From assembly GCF_006345805.1 (NCBI RefSeq), contig NC_042999.1, forward strand, positions 50,530,001-50,594,000: DNA of 64,000 bases, read 5' to 3'. Positions 48,145 to 61,234 of this stretch are shown one piece after another. Within the stretch, counting starts at the first letter, position 1; each line of letters begins with the position of its first letter. This DNA is from Octopus sinensis (taxonomy: Eukaryota). The translations under genes and the position numbers were made by a program. The notes below the pieces were generated by a model. It searched no databases. It had not been told where the DNA came from and was given only the letters and a program-made list of their open reading frames with translations.

Positions 48145-51100
48145 ACAAGATATATATATAATGGATTAACAGGTCTGTCAAGTGACTCGTTTGTTAGTCC
48201 TGGCTGTCTGAAGTATATAGCACTGACAGAAAATTTATTCACATGAGAGAGCTTTACAATCCTATGACATTTACATAGCCTTTACAAATATGAATGTCTA
48301 CTTCAATGATTTTGCCAGTATGAAAGGTCTCCAAAGGTTATGGGCTCTGTCCTTATTTCTTTGACTATTTCATTAAAAATAAAGCAAAAGTTATTTCAGT
48401 GCGCCTATATTCTCAACAGGCTTCTCCCACATCCTAGCATTTCTGAAGTTAGCATTTCTGAAGAACGTTGGCAAGAAAACCAACAGAGAAAGAGAGAGAG
48501 AGAGAGAGAGAATGAATGGAAGGGTACAAAGTAGGCTGTATTAAAATTTATTTTATATGTGACCAGTTATTTTGCCAAAAGTTAATGGTTCCAAAAAAGT
48601 AAACGAATAAAATCACCATATGTATCAAGGTTTCCAAAGATGTATTAAAGCAGAGCAAGATAGGCAGAGAAAAGGAAAAGTGAAAGAAGGATAAGAATGT
48701 ATAATATATAGGCATCCTTGTATTTTTCTATTTATAGATTTTTTAAATATTTAAGCAGAGAGTTTGCTTTCACCTGTTCATCTTTGCAGTCCAGAAGTGT
48801 TGCATCCCCAAAACTTTTGCCCTAACATAGAATTCCATAATAGAAGTCAATGGTAAAAGTATTTCCACATTGACATCCATATGATACAGAAGTTAAGTTC
48901 CACAATACAGTTCCACAATACAGAATAAGTTCCACAATACAGAACTCTACATTACAACAAGATATTCAGGAACACAACACTTCCATAATACAGCGATGCC
49001 TGTAGATACTAAATAACTACTTGGTTTACATTAGAAATCAAGTGTCTTACAAAATGTATTAAAGCATAGTATCAAAGACATGAGAAGAAAGAGAGAAAAG
49101 AAAAAAGGAAAGAGATAAAGATCATCATCATCAACTCGTTTCTATGCTTGCTTTTTCTATGATGGTATGAGTTGAACAAGTATTAGTGAAACAGTATTCT
49201 ACAGCTGGATACCCTCAGTCACCATTTCTTACCTATTTTCATTTGGGTATTTTAACTTATTCCATTGATCTTCATGCACAATGAAACCACTAGTCTCAAG
49301 ACATACTTGTTTATGGGAGATGTGAATACGTCACCATTATGTTTCTCAAACAGGAACAATGTGAAGAGATACAGAAACACATGCACATGATCCATTAATT
49401 ACCCTTATATGGCAGTGAATTGGAAAATTTGTGTGAGTGTAGAAACAAAATTCTTTGCAGTATTTGTTCTGGTTCTTTGCATTCCATGTTCAAACACCAA
49501 AGAGCTCAACTTTGTCATTCATTCTTTGGCCGTCAATAATATATAGTACCAAACTATGATAGTGGATAGGCAGAATTGCATTGAATGAAGGTACCTTGCA
49601 GTATGTATTTGAGTACCTTGTGTTCTGAGTTTTTGGGTGGTGATAGAATTAATCCATCACTCAGTTTAACACCACTATCTATTCCTCAGGTGCTTTTAGC
49701 AGAGTTCTCACTGTTGCAAGTGTCTGAACTAGATCTCTAGTTGGAGGATAATTTTTTTCATTCCTCCCACTAGTCTTGCAGGCCCTGGAAAAAATTACCA
49801 GTTGCTGCTCTACCCACTCCCTGACTCAGCAGTAAAAAATAAAATAGCATAAAATAAAATAAACAATATGCAAGCATTCAATTAAATAAAAGAACAAATA
49901 AAATGCATAGAAACTATTTTCAAAGAAAAATATATTGAAAATGAAAAATTTCTTAGTTTACAGTTAGTTTGAACAGAGTTTGAAGGGAATACACTATTTT
50001 CTCTTCTTTTTCCTTTTCACCTAAACTAATAAGCAAAGCTTTTATTGTGAAAGCAAGCTTCTGATACAGTTCCTATTTATTATTCATAAGTTGCTGCTTT
50101 TATTTTCATTCTATCTTTTCAATATTATCTGAACTTTTCATATTCATCTCATGCATGAAAAACTGAATTCTATGCATTTTCCAACGAATCAAATCAAGTC
50201 TTAAGTTCTTTTGCCAAATATTCCCCCCCTTATTCCACTATCGTTGTTGTATTGAGCCAAGAACACATACCTATACCTGTTTTCAGTGTTATTTTTAAAT
50301 ATTTTCTTTTGACATTTTTTCAAAATTTTGCAGTGAATTTCTTTAAAATTTTATCTTAGTATATTTAAGTGTTTATTTTACACTTCAGAAAATATTGATT
50401 TTCTTTCATTTTCCATTGACTAACATTGTTACTAACTTAAGCTTTTCTTCAACGTGATTTATTGCTTAAACTTTTATTATTTTCAAAGAAAAGCTAAAAT
50501 ATTTTTCATTCATTAACCATTTTATAGAAAGTTGTTTTAGCATAAATATTTTCCAAAATTTATTGTTGATTTTTCCCCAAAGTTTAAACTTCTAAAACTA
50601 TTTAATATATCAATTGATTTTTTACACCCTTGAAGACATACATTTTCTTGATTCTTAATTTGTTTCCCAATTTCCTCACATGCTTTCCTTAATTTACCCT
50701 TTATTATTATGGGTTCTTAAAGACAATGCATTGGTAGAATCGTTAGAGCATCAGACCAAATGCCTTGCAGTATTTCATCCAGCTCATTATATTCTGAGTT
50801 CAAATCCTGCTGAAGTCAACTTTACTTTACATTTTTCTGGAGTCAATAAAATAAAGTACCAGTTAAATACTGGGTCGATAGTATTGACTAACCTCCACTG
50901 TCACACCCACCCCAAGTATCAGGCCTTGTACCAACATTAAAAAATTTTTATTTTGGGTTCTTAGATTTCTTTTATATAGCCAACAACAAATCTTTTCCTC
51001 AGTACAACACATTTGTATGAAATATTTTCTATTATCATTACCTTTCGGCATCACAAAACAAGTAATGAACTTGTAACCATTTAACAAGCAATTAATGCAT

Positions 51101-51148
51101 GAATTAAACGCCGTGTTTTAGATCCCTCTGCCCTAGGTTTGTCTTTAA

Positions 51149-51372
51149 CTCTTCTGATACCAACCCGGCTGAAACCGCCTCCGGCTCTGTAGTACAAATG
51201 TCTTGTTTTCAAAAGTTCTGAATTAGAATCTTTCACAAAACCTTAGTCACAATTTATGTTCTTAACACTAGCTAATTATAACTAAGTTATTTTACTAAAT
51301 TCTTTGTTATGTTTAAAATTAATTGAAAGAAACTCAGAGTAGCATCTCAACAGAAATATGGTAAGAAAAAGG
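51149..51372. mobile_element. piggyBac-type MITE
   Basis: TTAA at 51145-51148 and 51373-51376, with imperfect TIRs ctcttctgatacc and ggtaagaaaaagg. Confidence 0.65.
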
Positions 51373-52009
51373 TTAAAAAAAGTCTACAACTACAATTATT
51401 CAGGTTTTTCTATACCTTGATAACAAGATTATTAAACTGATAAGACTACTCTCATACAGAATACTGGCATTTCAATGTTAAGCTAGGTTTAAAGAGGGTA
51501 TATAAAGGAAAATAGGCTCATCCTAAAGTTGCAAGGTTTCAGTTAAATCTTGCGTAAATATAAAAGTTGTTACCTTGGTAACTCCAGTAAAGAATCTACT
51601 GAAGCAGATCTATAGCATGGCAGCAGCCAATAAAACTCACAAAATCAATACATCAGAGATAGTTTAGATTTCGATGAATTATTCATTTACACTACTAATA
51701 CATATTTTATTGACCCTGGAAGTATAAAAGGCTAAGTCAACTTTAGTACCCAGAATTTAATTCTTGCCCATGTTTGTTAACTATATAATCAGCGATCATA
51801 ATTCTCAGAGTGATATGTTATATAGTAAATAAGAATGGTTGTGGATAGAACAGTGATAATACAGCAAAGTTTTGATATAAACAGATGCATCAAATAACTT
51901 AAATCCACATGTCTGGGGTGTTGTTGAATACTAATAGATAACATAATTCTAAAGATTTTATAAACTGTCTAAATGTATTGGTATTAGAATTCTTAAAGTT
52001 GGAGGTATG

Positions 52010-52603
52010 GGTATGTAGCTACAGAATCAGCATCACAACCACATGGTTTTGGTTTCAGTTCCACTGCCTGAGCAAACATGCAAAAGTCTTCTACTATAGC
52101 CCCAGGTCAACCAATGCCTTTTGAGTGAATTTGGTTGATAGTAACTCTGCAGAAGCCTAATGTATGTGTATATGTAGGAGTGTAGGAGTGGCTGTGTGGT
52201 AAGTAGCTTGCTTACAAACCACATGGTTTAGGATTCAGTCCCACTGCATGGCACCTTGGGCGACTCTCTTCTACTATAGCATTGGGCCGACCAAATCCTT
52301 GTGAATGGATTTGGTAGATGGAAACTGAAAGAAGCCTGTCGTATATATGTATATATATGTGTGTGTGTGTGTGCGTATGTGTGTGTGTTTATATGTTTGT
52401 GTGTCTGTGTTTGTCCCCCTAACATCGCTTGACAACCGATGCTGGTGTGTTTACGTCCCTATAACTTAGCAGTGTGGCAATAGAGACCAATAGAATAAGT
52501 ATTAGGCTTACAAAGAATAAATCCTGGGGATGATTTGCTCAACTAAAGATGGTGCTCCAGCATGGCCAGTCAAATGACTGAAACTAGTAAAAGAGTAAAA
52601 GAG
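52010..52603 (+). mobile_element. Partial plus full SINE family A in tandem
   Basis: A diverged 5' half followed by a full copy from ~52178. Confidence 0.82.
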
Positions 52604-52615
52604 GGAGAGAGAGTT

Positions 52616-52646
<31 letters not shown>

Positions 52647-53086
52647 GTCTGGGGAGAGTCATTCTCTTTTAGTGCCTTATAATTTAACACACACACCGGT
52701 AAAGTTTCCACTCATTTACTTATTTATGTTTCTAAATTTTCGTTGTCTTGCAATCTTTTCAATAGTCATTGACTCTGTCCGTTATCTGAGCTATGTTCAT
52801 GCGCATGTGTGTGGGTCAGTGTGTGTGTGCATATACATGTATGTATGTATGTATGCGACCTTACAAATATGAGCCAGGTACCCTAACCACTAAACCTTGT
52901 GCCTTCAACATATATCTGTGTTTTTATACATATACGTATGTGTGTGTGCGTATTTGTGTGTCTGTGTTTGTCCCCCCCCCCCACCGTCGCTTGACAACAG
53001 ATGCTGTTGTGTTAAAGTCCCCGTAACTTAGCAGTTCAACAAAAGAGACCAATAGAATAAGCACCAGGCTTGCAAAGAATATATGT

Positions 53087-53087
53087 A

Positions 53088-53168
<81 letters not shown>

Positions 53169-53200
53169 AGAGAGGAGAGAGAGAGAGAGAGAAAGGGATG
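53087..53200. repeat. (TG)n(TA)n(GA)n compound microsatellite
   Basis: Directly visible. Confidence 0.95.
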
Positions 53201-56200
53201 AAAATGACAAAGGAAATGTGTATTTGCATTGTTTTATTTATACAGGGATATATTTTGGTTAGTATTTACATATGCATCTAAATATGTGCACATGTGAGTG
53301 GAGAGTATGCATATGCTTGGATCATTTTACTGTATTTCTTTGTCCTTGCTACTTCTCTCACCATTCCTGAACATACACTAACATTACTCCTTTTCCCTGA
53401 CTTCCTCCTTCTCCTCTCTCTCTCTCTCTCTCTCTCTTTCTCTGTCCTAATTTACACTTTATTCGACCTTCAACCCAACTGGTTGTTCCTCACCCACCCC
53501 TGAAGTGTTACCCAAAATCTTTTTTGCTCTTTCAGCACATAAGATTCAATTCATTGCTTAAATTAATCATTTTACTGTTTTCTAACCTAAAACATCATTA
53601 ATTCCTTTAGATTCTGTTGTTTTACTCAACTAGTCATGGTAGATAGCTAGGTAACTATGCTTCACTGAGAAAATCTAGCAAGACTGAAACATGTCCAGAG
53701 TTATCATTGTGCTTCTCAAAGATCAAGCTACATCTTTATTTATATAATTTGCAGCAGTATATCTTCACCTCTCTCTCTTTTCCCTCTATCTTTCTTTCTC
53801 TCTCTCTCCCCTCTCTCTTTCTTTCTTTCTCTCCCTCCCTCTCACTCTTTCTCTTTCTGTTTGTCCTTCCACCACAAGGAGATAATTGTGATCATACTGG
53901 ATTTATTTCCCTTGGCTATAATCAGGTAATGTTACATTTGTAATTAATTAACTAATTAAATAATAGTTAAACAGTATTACTGCAATTGATAACATATATT
54001 TATTGCAAATATACATGAGAAATTGACTTAATTTTATCTTAATTCAATAGAAGTTTTATTATATGAAAATCAGTGTTCCTTTCATTAGTTTTCACTCACT
54101 GTGGAATTTGAAAAAAAGAATGTAGTTACAATTATTATGACTAAATAACATTACTTTGTATTTCTTGAGGATATTTCAAAGAAGACTATTCTTTATATTT
54201 ATTCTCTAGTTGAGTTGTCTACCTAGCTTCTGGTTATCTTAAGAATTGCTGAACAATACTTAACACAATCTCCTCAATTCTGGTGTCGGTTTGATTAATT
54301 GACATTATAGTGCTTGCAACATGAAGTGTATTAGCACTTAATTCACTAAAGTATGGCTTGATAATAGCTGTATAACTATTTGTCGCATAAATGCTTAAGT
54401 GACAGGAATGAACACATCGAAAATGTTCCACTATTTCTATATATCTACATACCCTCTTGGCCCTGTTGCAATAACATCTAAAACTTCTTCAAAATCACAC
54501 CACTTATAAAAAGGAAGAATCCATTAGATATACTATATAAGAGGAAAGATGTGATGTCAGTCCTAGAAAGCTTTTGATCATAGATTTACTCAATCAGAGC
54601 TGATTCAGAGCTGAACAGCAACTATTACAACAACAATATGCTGTCATAGAAAAAAATATAAATGAAAAATGAGGCAAATTCTGAAACTGGCATCAATGAG
54701 TTCAGGCAAAAAATATTAAATACTTTTCTATGTGTTTTTAAATATCGAACGTTTGTGGTTAAGCCCTTCATAAATAAAAAAAGAGATACAAGAGAAAGAG
54801 AAATAAAAATTATCCAAAATTTACAATGTCTATTTAGATTCCAGGTTTAGTATGAAAAGGAAGTTGAAGGGTGAGATAGTAGGACCAGAAATAGGACACA
54901 GTTTGTGTCTTTGCAAGAGTAACTGGAAAAGACAGAAGAAAAGGGAGTGAGAGGGAATGAGAATATATGAGGAGTGAGAGAGAAAGCATGGAAAAGAAGG
55001 GAAATGAGAAAAGAAGGAAAGAAAGAGAGAACAAATGAGGGGGAAAGTGAAAGATAGTGAAAGGAGGAGTTAAGGAGCTCAAAACAGTGTGTGTCTTGCT
55101 GTATTAGAATAATCAAATAAGGGGAAAAAATCAAACATTAAATTGCAATGTTATTTTCTCCCTGTGTATGGTTGTAGTGTAAAAAGTATTGATCATTCTC
55201 AGAACTTAACAGACAGGCCTAAAGGAGCCATTTTCCAAAGTACATGTGTCACAAATACGTAACTTCTTGCGACTATAGATTTGTGTTTTTGTCATATTTC
55301 TTCTATGTCTTAAGTTCTAACTTCTTGTATTACACCATTCCTAACAACATATTGTCACCTACTTGAAATATGAATAGCTTTGTATTATTGAGATGTTTTT
55401 GCTTTTTGGGTTTTTTTAATTATTTTTTTTTAATGTTTTTGGTGGAGCATGGAATTACAAGATTACAACACATTCATACAACAAAGAAAATATGTTCTGT
55501 TTATCACACTATGGATGAGATATATACCTTATCCATATATATGCAGCCTAAAACACACAATAACATGATTTATAAATAGCCATGAAATTTGTTTTATCTA
55601 TTAACTTATGTACAACAGGTTATCAGGATAACTATGAACTCTGCTCTGTTTATCATGCTAAGGACAGCAGAAAATCAACAAAGATTTGTCAGTAAACCAA
55701 TAAAGAAACACAGTGTCCTAATTGATTTACTCGTGTTATACATGCTGGACTGGACTTAATCATTCTAGCTATTCACATTCACACCATACTGTGTGCTGTC
55801 CTAACATAATTGTGATCAAGTTTATTTGACTGAAGGAATGAAGCTTTTGCTAAGGGTTTAATTTAATGTAATTTTCTGATTGGCAGCTTTGCAAGTATCT
55901 CCCACATTATAGGTACATTGAACTTTAATCATTGCTGTCATGGTATTGAATTAATTATATATGTGCTATTTTATACTGATGTGTGGGTTACAAAGATCTT
56001 TAAAACATCAATTTCCACCAGTGAATAGCCACTTTCATTTTAGTCATGTGCAAACATGGTTGAATCTCACAGATGTAATAGTACAGTGAATTGAAAACTT
56101 TGATTAGCTGAGATTGTCCATGACATTTTCCAATAAAAATTCCCTCTAGGTGTCTTCAAAATCTCAAAATAAAAAGTGAGGGAGATAAATTCAATGAGCT

Positions 56201-58796
56201 CCTCCAGTGAGAGCATTTGTAAAATAAAGACAAGGCACATAAGCATGTCATTAAAATCAACTGGTGAAAGAAACAAACATGTTTTGGTCTTATTAGATCT
56301 CATCAACAAAGTTTATTTTACTAAGTTGGTAAGACATTGAAAAATCAATGTGTGTGTGTGTGTGTGTGCAAACACACACATATGCACACACACACACATT
56401 GAAAAGGATGTAGTGATACTGATTATAAATATAAAGAATGTGGCTGTGGTAAAGAATGTGCTTAGGCTTCTTTGGAATATTCTCATCCATAAGTGAGTGA
56501 CTTGATATCATGTCATGCTATTGTCAGTTGTTTTAGTTGCATGTGTAGTTGTGAGCAGTCATAGACAACTTCACAACCCTTCTACCCCTGTCCCAACAGA
56601 ACATCCATGATGTGACAACTGGAGGGAGACAGTGATGTCTCAGCACTCAACTGGTATTCATTTCAACCGAGTTATCCAGAGCAAATATGAAATAAAGTGC
56701 CTTCCTCAAAAATATATTGTGTCACCCGGCCCTGAATCCAAAGCTACAACTTTATGATTGTGAGCATAATATCTTGGCCATCTTAAGCCTAACTACAGAA
56801 ATGATGTGGTCAAATGCACACCAATTAACATTTGCATTATAAAGTAGTTTTGTTAATTACCAGTCACATGCATCTAATGACACTCACTTAAATCATTCCT
56901 TTCCGGTGACTGTGATTATCTAATTTGTTTTAAGTAATTAGGTTCACTTGCTATAAAAGATTGCGGATTGGTATAATCCTTAGAGCATCATAAAAATGTC
57001 TGCAGTATTTAAACATGGCCCTTTGCATTTAGAATTCAAATCCTGTTTTAGGTCGTGTCTCCTTTTGCTCTTCTGGGAGTGGTAAAATACAAACTAAATA
57101 CTGAAATGGATTTAGTATTTATATAATGCAGCCGAGATATGAATGGAATTATAACAGAAGATTCTCACCACAGATAAACTATCTCAAACAATCTAGTCTT
57201 CTTGATGACAAAGAGAAACATTTTATTGTTAAGCTATTTAAATCCATCAAATACACCCTACAACTAAGGTACTATAGTTGATGTAAGGTAACTGAATGCA
57301 TCAACTTTGTTCAGTAAAACACCACAATTCACCATAGCCATTGCTATTCTTCTAAGGAGTAAAAGTTAAAGAAAACATACATAGTCTATAGATTTATCCA
57401 ACCATGAAATCAAAACTGCTTACTTCTTTACTTCATGTTATGCTTTCTGCACTTATTATCTAGATAGCATTATAGAAATATTAAACCCACCTCAGTTTAC
57501 GGCTAGTATTTCATTGACCCTGGAAAGGTGTAGGTGTTACATGATTCGTAAAAGGTTTATTATTGCCTATTTTACGTTGGTGAGTCTTGAGAGTTATCCA
57601 CAATGATCTCCCTTGGCAAACATTCTAGAAGCTTCCAAGAAGTTGGATTTATGTCTCTTTTACTAATCCCAATGAGTCATGGATTATTCTATAATGTAAA
57701 TTAGTTACCAGGAGGTGCTAAGGTCTCTGGACTATATATTGAAGAGACACAGACACCCAGTCTCTCTCTTCGAACGCCAGACTTCATGCTAGACACATCT
57801 CTGTGTTGAAAACATATAGATTTTGCTACACCTGGCCCAAAGAATCAAATGCCCTAGAGGAACAACTGGGTATCTCATAGTTATTAAGTCGCACAACATG
57901 CGTATGATTTGCTTCTACATGAGAAATAAACCAAAGTGGCATATGAAATTCTTTCATAAATTTTAATTTACCTTCTACAGATGGAACATAACAAGGCAAA
58001 ATAATATGTACTCATTCTTTATTTATGCACTGCTTCAGCTGAAGTATGTTATTGGTAAATTCTTACCTGATTCTGAATTGGCTCTTTCATTTATTCCAAT
58101 CAAGAATGCATTTTACCTTTCATAACACAAGGAGTTTTGCTTCTTAATTAACTTCTTGTTCGAGCAGTAACAAGGCCAAGTTGCAACCTTAACTCTTATT
58201 ACAGTGGCCAGTATTCGGGTTACAGTGGCAACTTCTTAGTTACAAAGGAAAAGGGTTCAGTTGACCTCAATAGGATTTGAACTTAGAAAGTAGTCTATGG
58301 TCTGTGTCAGTAACAAATAATTCATGAGACCTCTGAATGAGTCTGAGGAATTGAATTACCATGAGGAATGATGAATCCAATGATTCAAGCCCATAGGATC
58401 ATGAAGACAGAGTAAGTGATGTTGTGATTGAGGGTGTAAACTAGAATAATGCTGGCTTTCAGACAAAGCAGGGGAAAACAAGGGCCCAGTACATACGAGT
58501 ATTTAATTTTTGTGACAACAAAACTAATAGAAGTCTTCTGGATCCCTCCGAGAATGACACATATTTTTATGAGAGACATGAATTTATATCATTTTTATAA
58601 TAATTTTATGTAAATATATTTATGAAACAGACTGCTTTGACTAAAAACACAGAAAGTTTCAGGGTGGTTAAAACCAAAATGGTTAAAGAAAGAAAGCAAT
58701 GAAGAGTGTCATTTTCCATCTTCATATATTTAATAGTCTACCTGGATTGCACTTAAAGCTAATACCAGTGATTTTATTAACTCTATCAGAATGCAA

Positions 58797-59082
58797 GCGG
58801 AGGCACATAGCCTAGTGGTTAGAGCAGCACACTCGCGGTCGAGGAATCGTGGGTTCAAATCTCAGACTGGGCAATGTGTGTGTTTATGAGCGAAAACACC
58901 TAAGCTCCACGCAGCTCTGGCAGAAGGCAGTGGCGAACTTCTGCTGACTCTTTCGCCACAACTTTCTCTCACTCTTTCTTCCTGCATCTTGCAGCTCACC
59001 TGCGACGGAACGGCATCCCATCCAGGTGGGAAACCAGGAAACCGGCCCTTATGAACCAGGCATGGCTCGAGAAGGAACAAAC
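58797..59082 (+). mobile_element. tRNA-derived SINE, family D, full length with 12-bp TSD
   Basis: A-box tagcctagtggttagagc, B-box gggttcaaatc; TSD atcagaatgcaa at 58785-58796 and 59083-59094. Confidence 0.92.
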
Positions 59083-61234
59083 ATCAGAATGCAAACTGAA
59101 CTGATTGAACTCGGGCAAGTCACTAAACCTTTAACACATGAAGATTTTGTCTGAATTCACTGTTTTATCATTATGAAAAGCATAGCACAAAGATATTAAT
59201 CCAAATATTTATAAATAATCAAAAGAGAAAATATGCACGCATACACACATACACAAACAGACACAAAGACAAGCATAGATTTTCCTTTTCCTTCTCATAC
59301 AACTAAGGTCTTTATTTTGTCTTGAGATTGAATGAAGACAGAATAATAGAACAAAATGGTTAGTTTGCTTAAAGTTTAGATAAAGCCTATTGACAATTTC
59401 AATAAAACAAGACCAAAAAATAACATTAAACAACAAAGTCCTCATTACTCCAGGCAATTGTTTTGCTAAACAAAAGATATAAAAAAGAAACCAACAGATT
59501 TTTCAAACAGATCTGATCTGGCAATACAAATAGTAGTCCATATTAGTAAATGCAAACCAGTTTGCAGCAGAAATTCTTTCAAGATAACAAGATTATAGCA
59601 AGAAGACAATAAACTTTCATTAAATTATCACATGAAAAGCAGCACATGGCTTTATTCTAAATGAATCTTTAAATAAACGAAGACTTTGCCAAGATTTTAT
59701 TTATTCTATATTTTTTTTTTATCAACTTCAAAGAACTTTTTTATGAGTGTATACAAGTGGTGAAAAACAGATTCCAATACAGCCAAGTTCTGGACTTGGA
59801 ATGGTAAGGAACTGTACTTCATAACATTGCCATTGTGATAAAAATAGCTATGATGATTAGGCATCATACTGGCTCAAGGTCGAAATTACAAAGGTTGTGA
59901 TCCTTTTCTTTTATAATTCCATTCATGTTTTGTAGGAATATAAATCATGCTTGATGATTAATTAGTACACTATTTACTTGACTTCAGAAAGACAAAAAGC
60001 AAAGACAACCTTGGTGAGATTTGAACTCAGATTGTAATGATTAGTAATAATATACCACATAACGTTTTGCTGATACTTTAACAATTCTGCTAATCCAGTA
60101 ATCATGTTGGGTGAAACTGAAGGAGAGGTTTGACTAGATGTATAGAGTAGTTATTTGTAGGCTTACTCATGATATACAGGCCTCCATTTTGGATGATTTG
60201 CTATAAATCATAAAAATTTCAGTGAACAGATTTGTAGAGGAGAAGGAGAAAGTGAAAGTAGAGTAGACAATAGAGAAGGTGTCATCACAAACAGACGATC
60301 AGGCTGTAGCAACAACACTAACCAGTAGCAAAATAACAGAATAAAGTTAAGCAATACTTGAGTAATCTTATATAATAATGATCATCAGCAAACAAGAAAT
60401 GGTTATTATTTTTAGTAGTGTACTGGTAATAAAGGTATAAAGCTTAAATGAAATTACACAGAATAAAGTATTACCTCACAACAATCAACTTTGAAGTGAG
60501 CAGGGATGATAGAAATGAGTATTCTGAAAATAGAATCCATAATTAGTAAAGTGGTATAGCATTGTCAGCCCTATGATAATTTCACAGCTCTTAGCTTGGT
60601 GTTATTATATGGAAATGATCTATACAAAACTCCAACAATCTCCCGAATGAATGTACAGTAATTCACTTTCGAAAATAATGAAGTTGTAATGGGCCACAAT
60701 TGCCAATAACAATCATAAATACATACAATGTCGAAAACCTATTACAAATAATAGACAGGGAGAAATAGTATATCTGTAGCCTTCAAAGTAATCTCCACAC
60801 TTAAAAGATAGCTACTGAGCAAAATTGCCAATCATCAAATGAAATTGTGTTTTTGAAGAAATCCATAGCATGTGAGAATAGGTGTGCTCAACTGCTTCAA
60901 GCTTTCTTCTGCATATAGTAGTTTTATTTTTTATACAATTTATCATTTTTCTGATCACTTACAGCCATGAAATTATAAATATGTCAGGTCTTGGTTTCAA
61001 ATCCCAGAAATAACGTAAGAGTTCATTTGCACAGTGCACTAATAACTGTGTCGTCGTCTAAGCATCGGTTTTCTATACTAGAGAACCAGCGGCTGCACCA
61101 GACTCCAATCTGATCTGGCAATGTTTCACATCACAGCTTTAGTTAGGTACAGGAAATTTCCACTTAGTAACACTCAGTTTCTTTCTTAGTGAGAAAAATA
61201 AAACTGAAGCTGAGTCAAATGTGAGATGCTTTCA

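Noticed and set aside
52630-52790. Probable dispersed repeat end with a hairpin and GAAA
   Set aside because: It lacks a CUGANGA core and there is no second copy in the window to support a classification.
56067-56309. 80-aa hydrophobic ORF
   Set aside because: No recognisable motif, no acceptor AG and only a weak donor; a length expected by chance.
58797-58870. tRNA gene
   Set aside because: It has A and B boxes but no complete acceptor stem, continues into a SINE body, and is bounded by TSDs.
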